A stretch of 64,000 nt of DNA, from contig OZ244207.1 in the NCBI GenBank assembly GCA_965216875.1, positions 5,504,001 to 5,568,000 on the forward strand. The letters run 5' to 3'. The position numbers and the translations under genes are program-made. Below the pieces are notes generated by a model. It did not search any database and was not told the origin of the DNA. It saw nothing but the letters and a program-made list of their open reading frames with translations. How positions within the stretch are numbered: the first letter of the stretch is position 1; each line of letters begins with the position of its first letter. The DNA comes from Rubripirellula sp. (lineage in GTDB: Bacteria > Planctomycetota > Planctomycetia > Pirellulales > Pirellulaceae). Shown here one piece after another: positions 38,307 through 48,502 of the stretch.

Positions 38307-38834
38307 ATGATTCTGGTACTCAGCGCAAGCCTTCACCCCACCAGTCGCAGCCGTCTTTTGGGCCGCGCCTCGTTTGACGTGCTGTCGAAATCCGGCAGCG
38401 AAGCCGAGTGGTTTGATCTTGCCGAAAACCCATTACCACTCTGTGATGGTGCCACAGCCTATGGCGACCCAAACGTCATCAAACTGGGTGAGTTGGTGAC
38501 CGCCGCCGATGGGATCCTGATTGCCTCGCCTGTCTACAACTACGACGTCAACGCCGCAGCAAAGAACGCCGTTGAATTAACCGGCCGCGCCTGGACCGGC
38601 AAAGTGGTCGGAATGATGTTGGCCGCTGGTGGCCAAGGAAGCTACATGTCGCCGATGGGATTGGCCAACAGCCTCATGCTCGATTTCCGCTGCATCGTGC
38701 TGCCAAAGTTTGTCTACGCCACTGGCGAATCGTTCGAAGGCGATCAGCTTGCCGACGACGAGATTCAAGGACGTGTCGAGGAAATGACACAAGAGCTTGT
38801 ACGGGTCTCTACCGCGCTTGCAACGAACCAGTAG
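38307..38834 (+). CDS. NADPH-dependent FMN reductase family protein
   Basis: SASLHPTSRS, ADGILIASPVYN and AKNAVE. Confidence 0.9.
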   Translation: MILVLSASLHPTSRSRLLGRASFDVLSKSGSEAEWFDLAENPLPLCDGATAYGDPNVIKLGELVTAADGILIASPVYNYDVNAAAKNAVELTGRAWTGKVVGMMLAAGGQGSYMSPMGLANSLMLDFRCIVLPKFVYATGESFEGDQLADDEIQGRVEEMTQELVRVSTALATNQ

Positions 38835-38897
38835 CGTTGTGGTCCCGGCTTTTGAGAGGAGCCCGGCCAAGCCGGTACGACCAACGGCTCCACGCGC

Positions 38898-39506
38898 TCA
38901 TTGGCGATAGAGCCCCTTTGCCGAAATCAACGCTTCGACCGAGCGAGGCGTTCTATAACGAATGCTTCGTTTGCGTGCGATTCGACTCCGCAGTTCGCTA
39001 CTGGAAATCTCGATCAGTGGCATCTTCAGTTCGTTGCTCCGAATTCGTTGAATGTGATCCGGATCGGTCAAACTTTCCAAGACGGAATAGTCGAGTTCGG
39101 CCTCGCCACCGCGGCGCACCACCGATAGCGATGCGAGCTGCAACAGCTCCTGTGGCCGCTCCCATTTCTCGATCGTCGCCAGCGAATCGCCGCCGATGAT
39201 CAAAAACAACTCGTCGTCGGCGTATTCCGCTTTGAGTTCGCCGAACGTGTCGACGGTGTAGCTGACGTCACCTCGCTTGATCTCGCGATCGTCGACTTCG
39301 TGTTTTTCGTCGCCTGAAATTGCCAGACGAACCATTTCCAATCGATCATCGCTGCTGGCCGTCGCGCCGTGCAATTTCAGTGGCGAGGTCGCGGCCGGAA
39401 TCCAAATCATCTTGTGCAGGTCGAGATGTTCGATCGCCGATTCAGCGATCCAAAGATGGCCGATGTGGATCGGGTCAAACGACCCGCCAAAAATTCCGAT
39501 TCGCAT
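38898..39506 (-). CDS. nadD: Nicotinate-nucleotide adenylyltransferase
   Basis: GIFGGSFDPIHIGH, SYTVDT, IIGGD and ISSSELR. Confidence 0.96.
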   Translation of the reverse strand: MRIGIFGGSFDPIHIGHLWIAESAIEHLDLHKMIWIPAATSPLKLHGATASSDDRLEMVRLAISGDEKHEVDDREIKRGDVSYTVDTFGELKAEYADDELFLIIGGDSLATIEKWERPQELLQLASLSVVRRGGEAELDYSVLESLTDPDHIQRIRSNELKMPLIEISSSELRSRIARKRSIRYRTPRSVEALISAKGLYRQ

Positions 39507-39637
39507 ACTTTCCCTTTCGAGATCCGAGCGGTTCTCAGGTGGAGCCCGCTCCGATGTGACCAAACGTGTCCCAGCGACGGCGACAATTCCAAGCGGATTT
39601 GCAATTCACCCTTCTTCGCATCAACGGGGCATCCACT

Positions 39638-42109
39638 ATGTTGACGGATAACACGCCCGACACCAATCAGCCCTTTGTTGCGCCCTCAATGCCCGACTCG
39701 AATTCGTCACCGCACGATGACCTTGGACCGCTGGGAATCCCAGCCGACCACCCGTCAGAGTCCAAGCGGGAGGAAGAGGGCAAAAACCAAACCTCGGGCC
39801 AAGCTCCCGGCCAATCCCCAGCCCAGGGTGAGCTTTTTGAGACCCAGCCGCCTCCGTGGGAATTAGCGGTCGAAGACGATGTCGCGGTGGCATCGGTCGT
39901 CTTTAGTGAGGCGCCGCACGGTCCGCTCGACTACCGGATTCCCGACTCGCTGCGAAACGAACTCGAACCGGGCATGCGGGTCCGCGTGCCGCTCGGTCGT
40001 CGCAAGAAATTGATGTCGGGCTGGTGTATCGACACCAAGCTTGGTTCGTCCATGCATCGATCCCTTCGTGACGTTGCCGAAGTGTTGGATGAAATCCCAC
40101 TTTGTGACCCGCCGCTGGTTCGCTTGGTGACTTGGATCAGTTACTACTACCAAGCGCCGGCCGGCCAGGTGTTTGATACGCTCGTTCCGTCCAGTGTCCG
40201 GGCGAATGCCGGAACAAGAGAGCGAAACTACCTGGCCCCTAATCATCAAGCCATTGACGACGACGTGATCGAGAAGTTGCCCAAAAAGCAACAAGCCGCT
40301 TTGCGTTTTCTGATCGCCGCCGGTCGCCCAATGACCGCCGCCCAACTGACGGTCGAGGCGGGTTGTACCAACGATCCGATTCGCCGACTCAAAGCCAAAG
40401 GGTTGGTGAAGGTCGAGGTCCGACGCGAAATGACCTCGGGCATGTCCAATCGCTGGCAAAAAGATGACGGCGAGAGCGAAAAGAACCACGTCCTTTCAGA
40501 CGATCAATCCACAGCACTCGGCACGATTGTCAGTGCGGTTGATTCGGGCAAAGGCAAAACGCTGCTTTTGCATGGCGTCACCGGCAGCGGTAAGACCGAA
40601 GTCTACATTCGAGCAATCGAACACATCGTCAAGTTCGGTCGCGGCGCGATTGTCTTGGTTCCCGAAATCAGCTTGACGCCTCAGACGCGCGGGCGTTTTG
40701 AACGCCGATTCGAATCGGTCGCCGTCCTGCACAGTCAAATGACGCCATCGGAACGCCACTTTCAATGGCAGCGTATTCGTCGTGGTGAAGTCCAGGTGGT
40801 CGTTGGGCCTCGTAGTGCCGTTTTCGCTCCCCTGCCCCACCTCGGTTTGATCATCATCGATGAAGAACATGATGGATCGTTCAAACAGGACTCCCAACCT
40901 CGCTATCACGCGCGGAAGGTCGCCCACGCGCGGGCAATGTCGCTAAACATCCCACTTGTCCTTGGTACCGCAACGCCATCGATGGAATCGTGGTTCGCCA
41001 CCCAAACGGGACACGCGGAACTGATTTCAATGCCCGGGCGAATCAATGACCGCCCAATGCCCGATGTTCAACTGGTTGACCTTCGGGTCCGCGATGATCG
41101 CACTTCGGGAGCCATCAGCCGGCCACTTCACGCGGCGGTTCAGCAGACGCTGGATGAAAAGGGGCAAGTCATCTTGCTGTTGAACCGTCGCGGTTTTGCA
41201 ACCACAATCCAATGCCCTGCCTGCGGGCATGTCGTTGCCTGTCCCGATTGCGACCTGCCGCTCACGCATCACCGTGACGGCGGTAAAGCAGTGTGCCACT
41301 ACTGTGACTACACCATTGCCACGCCACCTTGGTGTCCCGTTTGTCGCTTCGATGGCATTCGTTACGGCGGACTGGGGACTCAAAAACTTGAGGTCGAAGT
41401 CAAAGCTCGGTTTCCCAACGCGCGCGTCGCCCGCATGGACAGCGACACGATGCGACGGCCGGGAAGCCATCAACGTGTTTTGTCTTCGTTTCGCGGAGGC
41501 AAAGTCGACATCCTGCTTGGCACTCAAATGATTGCCAAAGGTCTCGACTTTCCCAATGTGCTGTTGGTCGGCGTGATCAACGCGGATGGTGCCCTTCACT
41601 TCCCCGATTTCCGCGCCGCCGAACGCACGTTTCAGCTTGTCACACAAGTCGCTGGCCGAACCGGTCGCGGCGATCGAGGTGGCCGCGTGATTGTGCAAAC
41701 ATTTTCACCCGAACACCCAGCGATTCAAGCTGCCTCGCGCCACGACTACGAAATGTTCGCCTCGACCGAGATGACCAATCGGCGCAAGTTCAACTACCCG
41801 CCACTTGGGAGCGTTGGCCGGATCATCATCCGAGGCGTGATCGAAGAGGTGACCGAAGCGGTCGCCGATTCACTCGTTGCGCGACTCGAAGGGGCGCGCG
41901 AGGCATTGGGCGTCGAAGTTCGAATCCTCGGACCAGCGCCACCGCCGATTGCCAAACTACGCGGCAAATTTCGTTTTCACATCCTGCTGCAATCAAAGGA
42001 TCCCACCGAGCTGGGCAACACGATCCGCCGAGCAACGGAATCCTTCACGATTCCCGACAAAGATGATGTCCAGTACGTCGTCGATATCGACCCGATGGAC
42101 ATGCTGTAA
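39638..42109 (+). CDS. priA: Primosomal protein N' (replication restart helicase)
   Basis: GVTGSGKTEVY, DEEHD, LNRRG with Cys-rich zinc modules, and GTQMIAKGLDFP. Confidence 0.97.
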   Translation: MLTDNTPDTNQPFVAPSMPDSNSSPHDDLGPLGIPADHPSESKREEEGKNQTSGQAPGQSPAQGELFETQPPPWELAVEDDVAVASVVFSEAPHGPLDYRIPDSLRNELEPGMRVRVPLGRRKKLMSGWCIDTKLGSSMHRSLRDVAEVLDEIPLCDPPLVRLVTWISYYYQAPAGQVFDTLVPSSVRANAGTRERNYLAPNHQAIDDDVIEKLPKKQQAALRFLIAAGRPMTAAQLTVEAGCTNDPIRRLKAKGLVKVEVRREMTSGMSNRWQKDDGESEKNHVLSDDQSTALGTIVSAVDSGKGKTLLLHGVTGSGKTEVYIRAIEHIVKFGRGAIVLVPEISLTPQTRGRFERRFESVAVLHSQMTPSERHFQWQRIRRGEVQVVVGPRSAVFAPLPHLGLIIIDEEHDGSFKQDSQPRYHARKVAHARAMSLNIPLVLGTATPSMESWFATQTGHAELISMPGRINDRPMPDVQLVDLRVRDDRTSGAISRPLHAAVQQTLDEKGQVILLLNRRGFATTIQCPACGHVVACPDCDLPLTHHRDGGKAVCHYCDYTIATPPWCPVCRFDGIRYGGLGTQKLEVEVKARFPNARVARMDSDTMRRPGSHQRVLSSFRGGKVDILLGTQMIAKGLDFPNVLLVGVINADGALHFPDFRAAERTFQLVTQVAGRTGRGDRGGRVIVQTFSPEHPAIQAASRHDYEMFASTEMTNRRKFNYPPLGSVGRIIIRGVIEEVTEAVADSLVARLEGAREALGVEVRILGPAPPPIAKLRGKFRFHILLQSKDPTELGNTIRRATESFTIPDKDDVQYVVDIDPMDML

Positions 42110-42143
42110 GCACAGCACTTCCTGGTGCGTCTATCACGAAAGC

Positions 42144-42791
42144 CTAGGGTTCCAACCGTTCGATGCGCCAGGAACCATCGTCGCAGAGCGCATAGTTGAT
42201 CCGATCGTGCATTCGGCTTGGGCGGCCTTGCCAGAATTCGAAGCGAGTTGGCGACACTTCATATCCACCCCAATGCTCAGGCCGCGGCACTTCGTTGTCA
42301 CCATATTCGGCTTCAACTTCAGCCATCCGCGCGTCGAGTTCCTCGCGACTTGCAACGACGGCCGACTGCCGACTCGCGTGAGCCCCCAACCGGCTGCCCC
42401 GAGGACGTGATTGAAAGTAGTCGTCCGAGTTCGCAGAATCGGTTTTCGACGCCGCCCCCTCAATGCGAACCTGGCGTTCGAGGTGCGGCCAAAAGAAGCA
42501 AAGAGCGACACTTGGATTGGCTCCGATTTCGACACCCTTGTCCGAAGCGTAGTTGGTGTAAAAGTAGAGATGCTTCTCCTCGATGCCCTTGAGCAACACG
42601 ATGCGCGAGGAGACCCCCCCAGTAGCATTGACGGTCGAGAGCGTCATGGCGTTGACCTCGAGCCATTCGGGCAAATCCGATTGGCGGGCCGCATCAAACC
42701 ACGTTTGAAACTGAACCATTGGGTCGCTGTGGATGTCTTTCTCAAGAAGGCCATCTCTCATATAGGCCCTCCGCATTTGATCAATCGTCAT
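42144..42791 (-). CDS. pdxH: Pyridoxamine 5'-phosphate oxidase
   Basis: RIVLLK, FYTNY.S.K, RQVRIEG, YFQSRP and EFWQGRPSRMHDR. Confidence 0.96.
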   Translation of the reverse strand: MTIDQMRRAYMRDGLLEKDIHSDPMVQFQTWFDAARQSDLPEWLEVNAMTLSTVNATGGVSSRIVLLKGIEEKHLYFYTNYASDKGVEIGANPSVALCFFWPHLERQVRIEGAASKTDSANSDDYFQSRPRGSRLGAHASRQSAVVASREELDARMAEVEAEYGDNEVPRPEHWGGYEVSPTRFEFWQGRPSRMHDRINYALCDDGSWRIERLEP

Positions 42792-42989
42792 TTTGGACCG
42801 TTTCTGTGCGTTGACCGTGATAAACAAGACCCGCACGGGATCTTTCCTTTAGGGGATTTTGGCGCGCCGCTTGCCTATTCAGTATTGGGCAAACGGGCGC
42901 TGCCAAATTGACAGGCTAAACGTCTCGCTGCGTCGCGGCTAGAGATTTGTCGTTTCTGCCAACCATCCAACCGCAACTCACTGCTTGCT

Positions 42990-43592
42990 ATGCAACTGTT
43001 AACTGGAAATCTTCTCGTGGCTTCGGCGGACGTCAATGATCCCGTCTATAGCCGAGGTGTCTGTCTGATTGTCCATCACGACGAAGAAAACGTCATTGGC
43101 GTGATGCTCAATCGTCCCATGCAACCCAATCCCGCGGCGTTGATCAAGATGCTGAGCGACAATGAACCGCAGCCGGATCGGGCACTCATCGAAGCCGCCA
43201 AAGAACTGCCTCAGACAGCTGCACCTCTGGGGATGGTTCATTTTGGGGGTCCGCTCTCAGGCCCGGTGGTAGCGATTCATCCGATGAGCCAATTCGGTGA
43301 GGCAGAAACGGGCCAAGGGATCTATGTTGCTGCCCAGAAAGAGCACCTTGAAGAACTGGTGCGTGCCCAGCCTTGCCCTTACCGATTGATCGTTGGACAC
43401 CTGGGTTGGGAAACGGAACAATTACAATCAGAATTTGACACAGGACAGTGGCACCTGTTGCCGGCAACCGTCGATGTCGTTTTCTGTAACGCTCAAGAAA
43501 TGTGGCCCGGACTGATCCGGCGAGCGACAGCACGATCGATGGCTCACTGGCTGGACATCCCCGATGTCGCCAACGCCTACGAATTGAATTAG
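42990..43592 (+). CDS. YqgE/AlgH family protein
   Basis: LLVA...DP, GVMLNRP, FGGP and GW...QL..E...G.W. Confidence 0.88.
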   Translation: MQLLTGNLLVASADVNDPVYSRGVCLIVHHDEENVIGVMLNRPMQPNPAALIKMLSDNEPQPDRALIEAAKELPQTAAPLGMVHFGGPLSGPVVAIHPMSQFGEAETGQGIYVAAQKEHLEELVRAQPCPYRLIVGHLGWETEQLQSEFDTGQWHLLPATVDVVFCNAQEMWPGLIRRATARSMAHWLDIPDVANAYELN

Positions 43593-43680
43593 TCGGAACT
43601 CAACGAATCTCCGACCACCACCAAACCACCCTTTGCTCGCGACACCGGCCAGTGCGAGCCCCTCACCCACGAGTGCATTT

Positions 43681-44070
43681 GTGAATCAAACGGAAGACGA
43701 TCCTCCGAAAAAGAAGTTCCGCGTACAACGACGGCGACTTGGGTCGATCAAACGCTACTTTCCAGACAAGGAATTTGGCTTCATCGAGGGTGAAGATTTC
43801 CGAGACGATGTCTTCTTTCACCGTCGCGATTGGGAGGGTGTCCCTCGCGATGACGACAACGCAAGACCGGTTGAGCCCATCGAAGAGATGTGGGTTGAGT
43901 TCGAAATCGACGACGAGCTCTTTTCGACCGAAAAGAAGCTACGAGCCAAGGTCGTGCGACCGTCCAATCGTCCCGAAGGCCGCCGTTTGACGGCCAAGGA
44001 CGCGAACTTCGAATCGCCCCGTCATCATCCCAACGCGCGACGCAAACGCCCAACTTGGCGCAACAAATAG
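43681..44070 (+). CDS. Cold-shock domain protein with a basic C-terminal tail
   Basis: RNP1/RNP2-like KEFGFI and DVFFH; probable GTG start at 43681. Confidence 0.8.
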   Translation: MNQTEDDPPKKKFRVQRRRLGSIKRYFPDKEFGFIEGEDFRDDVFFHRRDWEGVPRDDDNARPVEPIEEMWVEFEIDDELFSTEKKLRAKVVRPSNRPEGRRLTAKDANFESPRHHPNARRKRPTWRNK

Positions 44071-44092
44071 AGCGAGAGCATTGTTGGCATCC

Positions 44093-44167
44093 GTAGGCCG
44101 GATCAAGGAGCGACAGCGACACAGATCCGACATCATCACCGCCCCCACGCTCAAGCGAGCGTAGCTA
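44093..44167. repeat. REP-like cluster
   Basis: GTAGGCCGGATCAAGGAGCGACAGCGACACAGATCCG (identical to 63189) plus CCACGCTCAAGCGAGCGTAGCTAC. Confidence 0.85.
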
Positions 44168-46090
44168 CTACTCGTCAGCAGGTAGCTTGCCACCGCTGGC
44201 ACGTGCCTTGATCATCTCTTGCTCAAGTTCGTTGACCAGTGTTGGGTTGATGTGCTTCTGCAACAAATCGCGAGTGGTTTTGAACATCTCGTCGACCTTG
44301 CGCACTTGGTTCGGATTACGTCCGATCGCTTTGACGAAGAAGTCTTGTTTCTTGCCCATTTCGTTGGCCAGCTTTTCGTTGGTCGGACGATCCTTCAACG
44401 TCGCGAACAACTCTTCGGCTCGCTTGATCTCGCCCTTCTTGAGTCGCAACATGATTCGAGCTTTGTAGAGCTCGCGGATGGCAACCAGGTCAATGATCGA
44501 GTTCTGGACACCGCGAATGTAGGCCTCGGCTTGCAAACGCATGTCATCGCCGCTGATGTCGGCGATTTCAAGCTCGGTGAGGCCCGGAACCGTAGGCAAA
44601 CGAGCAAGCACGGCGCCGCCGTTCTTGACGTAGAACAACCGTAGCGGGTCATCCGTCCGTTTGACCCAAATACGTCCATTCCAATCGGTTCGACCGATGA
44701 AATCCATGTGTTTCGATTCGAGCTCGCGTTGATAGATCTCGTAGCCGATCAGCGGAAAATCGGGGTTACCTTTGGCGTGCAAACGGACGAGGGTTTCCTC
44801 GCCAAACGGCCGCACCTTCAACGCCATGCGAAATGTTCGATTGTTTTTGCGGCCCTGCAGTCCGCCGGGGCGGCCCGCATGAAAGTCCATCTTCAACTTG
44901 TCTTCATCCAACTCGTAGACATACAGGTACGCCCAGTCGATGGGTCCAATCAGAATCGGTCTTCCATTTCGGTCGTTCTTGCGAACCATCGGCTCGAGAA
45001 CATCATGCAATCCGACATAGCCCGGAGAGTCTTCACTCAGAATCAACCCGCCCGCCCGAAGTAGGCCGACAGCGTTTCGTTGTCCTGCATCTTCGATTCG
45101 AACCACCGGCGCAAACGCGCGAGTCAAGGCACGACCCACCGCAGGAATAAGCCCGTAGCGATCGGTCGATTCTTCAACAGCAACAGGTCCGAAATGGTGC
45201 ATCAGTGTGTCCATCTCGATGGCTTGGACTCGATGCGGGACGACTTGGTCGTCAACGTGGACAACAAAGATCTTGTCGTAGTTCTCTACCGCGTCGCTCA
45301 CCAACCCACTAACCGCAGGCGTAAGCAACTTGGCTTCGGGCTCGTCCAACCCAATGGCCATGCCACGTGACAACATGACCGCTTCGACATCGGGATCGCT
45401 CCACAATCCAGCAACATCACGTTCGTCACCGTCAATCGCCTGCAAACGATCCGCGACACCTTCAAGAGTCTCGTCGCCGAGATCAGCACCGCGTCGCTTT
45501 GCGTCGGCAATACGTCCCTTCGTTGCAGCGACGGTTTTAATCAGAGTCGCAACATTAGCCGCAACACGGATGCGAACCGACTCGGGGTGATCCTTCTTGA
45601 CTGCGATCACGGGATCGGACGCCGAAAGTGTGTCGAATGAAAACGACTTCATGTCGCGGTTGGCAATCGAACGCACCGATAGGGGCGCGTCCTTGATGTC
45701 CATCCGCCAAATCGCCGAAAAGTGGCGATCGAGATACTGGCGAAGTTCCTGATCGATTCCGGCAGCGTTGTATTGAGGATTGCTCGACACAACCCAAACC
45801 AAAACGCGGTACGGCCGGTAGTCCCAAGGTAACTCCTTGATCTCCGCAATCTCAGACGGCTCGGCTGGTTCGCCACTGGGATCATCGGGCAACGATGCCA
45901 CCGCATCGGCAATCGCAGACTCATCGCCAAGTGCGCCCGCTTGCCCTGCTTTCTCTGGGGCTGTCACCGCCTGATTCGAAGACTCTCCCTCTTGCGCTTG
46001 CAATGACGCTCCTGTCACCAGCAGCATCGCGGTAACAACAACAGCAACGCGCATCCAACGCGGTCGTTTTGGCTTCATCAAACTCATCAT
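44168..46090 (-). CDS. Exported hypothetical protein, last gene of the Exb-type cluster
   Basis: ATG at 46090 overlaps the upstream stop (ATGA); signal peptide ending ASLQA. Confidence 0.78.
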   Translation of the reverse strand: MMSLMKPKRPRWMRVAVVVTAMLLVTGASLQAQEGESSNQAVTAPEKAGQAGALGDESAIADAVASLPDDPSGEPAEPSEIAEIKELPWDYRPYRVLVWVVSSNPQYNAAGIDQELRQYLDRHFSAIWRMDIKDAPLSVRSIANRDMKSFSFDTLSASDPVIAVKKDHPESVRIRVAANVATLIKTVAATKGRIADAKRRGADLGDETLEGVADRLQAIDGDERDVAGLWSDPDVEAVMLSRGMAIGLDEPEAKLLTPAVSGLVSDAVENYDKIFVVHVDDQVVPHRVQAIEMDTLMHHFGPVAVEESTDRYGLIPAVGRALTRAFAPVVRIEDAGQRNAVGLLRAGGLILSEDSPGYVGLHDVLEPMVRKNDRNGRPILIGPIDWAYLYVYELDEDKLKMDFHAGRPGGLQGRKNNRTFRMALKVRPFGEETLVRLHAKGNPDFPLIGYEIYQRELESKHMDFIGRTDWNGRIWVKRTDDPLRLFYVKNGGAVLARLPTVPGLTELEIADISGDDMRLQAEAYIRGVQNSIIDLVAIRELYKARIMLRLKKGEIKRAEELFATLKDRPTNEKLANEMGKKQDFFVKAIGRNPNQVRKVDEMFKTTRDLLQKHINPTLVNELEQEMIKARASGGKLPADE

Positions 46091-48438
46091 AGTCCTAACC
46101 GCCATCGCCCAGCGTTTTGATACAGCGTCACGATATCGCTCCCGACTCCTGTCAATTCCTTTCGGTAGGCGTACGAATCGACCATTTGCCAAAGGGGCAA
46201 CACTGGCAACTCGTTATGAACGATAAAGTGCAAATCGAGCAAACGGTCGCGAATCTGTCGCCAGTTCTTCGCTTCTTCTAGTCGACGCAAACCGAGGCCA
46301 ACAAGCTGGTCTTCGCTACCCGCGAGTCCCTCGGGTCCGAGAATGCGACGCGCGTCAATAATCGGTTCCCAAATTGCGGCGGCCACGTAGACGATGTCGG
46401 CAACATCTTTCTTTGGAAACGATTCGCCGACAGGCAGTTGAACAAGCTCGACATCGAGACCGATCAATTCCCATTGCGTGCGAATCGCTTCACAAGCAAC
46501 TCGGGACATGTTGTCCGCTGGAAACGCCAAGCGAATGGGCGTCATCTTCGGCATCTCGTCCTTGTTTCGTTCCGCGATCGACTTCATCTGGCTCTTGTTC
46601 ATTTCGACCAATAACTGAGCGAGCGGCGGCTCATATCGGCGGGGATTGATCGTTTGGTCGTAGGCGTAGCCGAGCGGATCATTGAGCGTCATACCAGCAG
46701 GAAACGGACCGGACAGCACACGGCATCCTTCCGTTTCCAATCCCTCAAGCAATTCGCCATTCAAAATGTCTTCGCGATTGATGCCATAAAGCAGAGCACG
46801 TCGAAACGTCCGTTCCGCGATGTAGGGATGATCCGAACACGGCACGAGCATGTGAACGGTTGGCAATGGATAGTTTGCGACAACGATTTTGTCACTCTGC
46901 TTCAGTCGCACGGCGTCGGCAGGGAAAAGCTGATCCAACACATCCACTTCGCCTTGCAACAACTTGCTCACACCCTGCGAAGCCGACTCGCTGCGAACTT
47001 CGACGATCTCACGCGGTTGCGTCGGAGTCTCGGGCTCGCCAGTCAAAATGTATCGAACGATTTCATCCTCGACCAAATCACGGCGATAATCGCCCGTTGG
47101 CGAATTGGGTTTGCCGCCAAACCAACTCCCGTCGACCGGAATCTGCAGCAGCGAAATGGGCATCACGTGGGGACGTCGCAGCCGAAAATTCACTTGCTTG
47201 GGGCCTTTCAACTCGATCGAGTCGACAACGGCCGCCCAGGGCGAAAAGTAGAGGTCACTGCCCTGCTTGGCACGTTCCGCCATCACGTCGGCCAAGAACG
47301 GAGCGCGAATGCGGTTGAGGGGTTCTTCAAGCGCATCAGGGTCAATCAACAAATCGAATTGCATCCGGTCCGCCGTCATTTCGGTATCGCCAAAGATGAA
47401 CTCGTATTCGCCACCTTCGGGACCGGCATCTTGGATTTCGAACAAGATTCGATAGAGCAAACGACCGCTGCGGCGCGATGCCCAGTTGTCAATCTGTGTT
47501 GGGTCCAACTCGGTTGCCGACTGCAACACACCGACGTTGATCATCGGATAGGTTTCGTGAATCTGACGAATCAGCTCTCGGCCACCTGAAATATCGGGTT
47601 TGAGATAGATGCTTTCGAATGCCAGCTTGCGGGCTTTGCGGTAGTCCTTTTGCTCGAACGCAGCAATCGCTTCGCGGCGTTTCTCTTGTGCCATCCCTAG
47701 GAAGGTCCCGTTCCACTTGGCCACCGACTCAAATCGGTCGTTGACATAGTCGTCCTCAATTCGAGACAACAGCTGCTGAGCCAAATCGAGTTCGCCTTCG
47801 CCAACCAATTTCTCCATCAGTCGATCGATCGTCTTATCCATTGCGCTAAGCACGGCAGACGTTTTGTATTCGGGAGCGTAGCGGCGAAGCTCTTCAAGCA
47901 TGGTCAACGTCGGAGCGAGCTCACCACGCTTGGCACGTTCGACCGCGTCTTTCCAAAGAAACTCACAACGAATATCACGGAGCCCGGGTAGGTTCGGGTA
48001 GTCACGAATCAAAATCGACAAGAAGGGATAGGCGCCAACAAAATCACCCTTGGCGATACGCTCACGGGTCTCGCGTTCCAGGCGCACTTCCCAAAGATCG
48101 ATATCCTTGATCTCGGACCACTTCACCGAGAAGTACTTGGCTTCGATTCCGATGACTTGGATCTTGAGCGCACCGCGTTTGGTTGCCGGTATCTTTCGCC
48201 CAGGAAACTCAAGCAGTCGTACTTTGGCCCATCCACCTCCCGAGGCCTCGCTCAGGAAAAGCAAGTCGTGTGGTTCTTCCTGCAGCAGCTCCAAGCCTGG
48301 ATCCGCTGGCTTGCCCGTCTCGGCATAGTTGAGAATTTGGGCATGGACCGATTGCACGTAGCACGTAACCAGCAACAGGGCACAGCCAATCGAAAGAAGT
48401 CGAGTTGCTCGCGACATAGGAACCGATGTTTGAATCAC
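46087..48438 (-). CDS. Family-5 (OppA/DppA-like) solute-binding protein with an N-terminal TPR-like helical extension
   Basis: Signal peptide; LLQGEVDVL, FRRALLYGINREDI, SGPFP, IRTQWELIGL.V and ELPVLPLW. Confidence 0.8.
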   Translation of the reverse strand: MIQTSVPMSRATRLLSIGCALLLVTCYVQSVHAQILNYAETGKPADPGLELLQEEPHDLLFLSEASGGGWAKVRLLEFPGRKIPATKRGALKIQVIGIEAKYFSVKWSEIKDIDLWEVRLERETRERIAKGDFVGAYPFLSILIRDYPNLPGLRDIRCEFLWKDAVERAKRGELAPTLTMLEELRRYAPEYKTSAVLSAMDKTIDRLMEKLVGEGELDLAQQLLSRIEDDYVNDRFESVAKWNGTFLGMAQEKRREAIAAFEQKDYRKARKLAFESIYLKPDISGGRELIRQIHETYPMINVGVLQSATELDPTQIDNWASRRSGRLLYRILFEIQDAGPEGGEYEFIFGDTEMTADRMQFDLLIDPDALEEPLNRIRAPFLADVMAERAKQGSDLYFSPWAAVVDSIELKGPKQVNFRLRRPHVMPISLLQIPVDGSWFGGKPNSPTGDYRRDLVEDEIVRYILTGEPETPTQPREIVEVRSESASQGVSKLLQGEVDVLDQLFPADAVRLKQSDKIVVANYPLPTVHMLVPCSDHPYIAERTFRRALLYGINREDILNGELLEGLETEGCRVLSGPFPAGMTLNDPLGYAYDQTINPRRYEPPLAQLLVEMNKSQMKSIAERNKDEMPKMTPIRLAFPADNMSRVACEAIRTQWELIGLDVELVQLPVGESFPKKDVADIVYVAAAIWEPIIDARRILGPEGLAGSEDQLVGLGLRRLEEAKNWRQIRDRLLDLHFIVHNELPVLPLWQMVDSYAYRKELTGVGSDIVTLYQNAGRWRLGL

Positions 48439-48502
48439 TGGGTGTTTTCTTCAAGTACTGCCCAACAGAGGCAGTGCGGACTATTTCAATGGTAAGCGTG
48501 GT

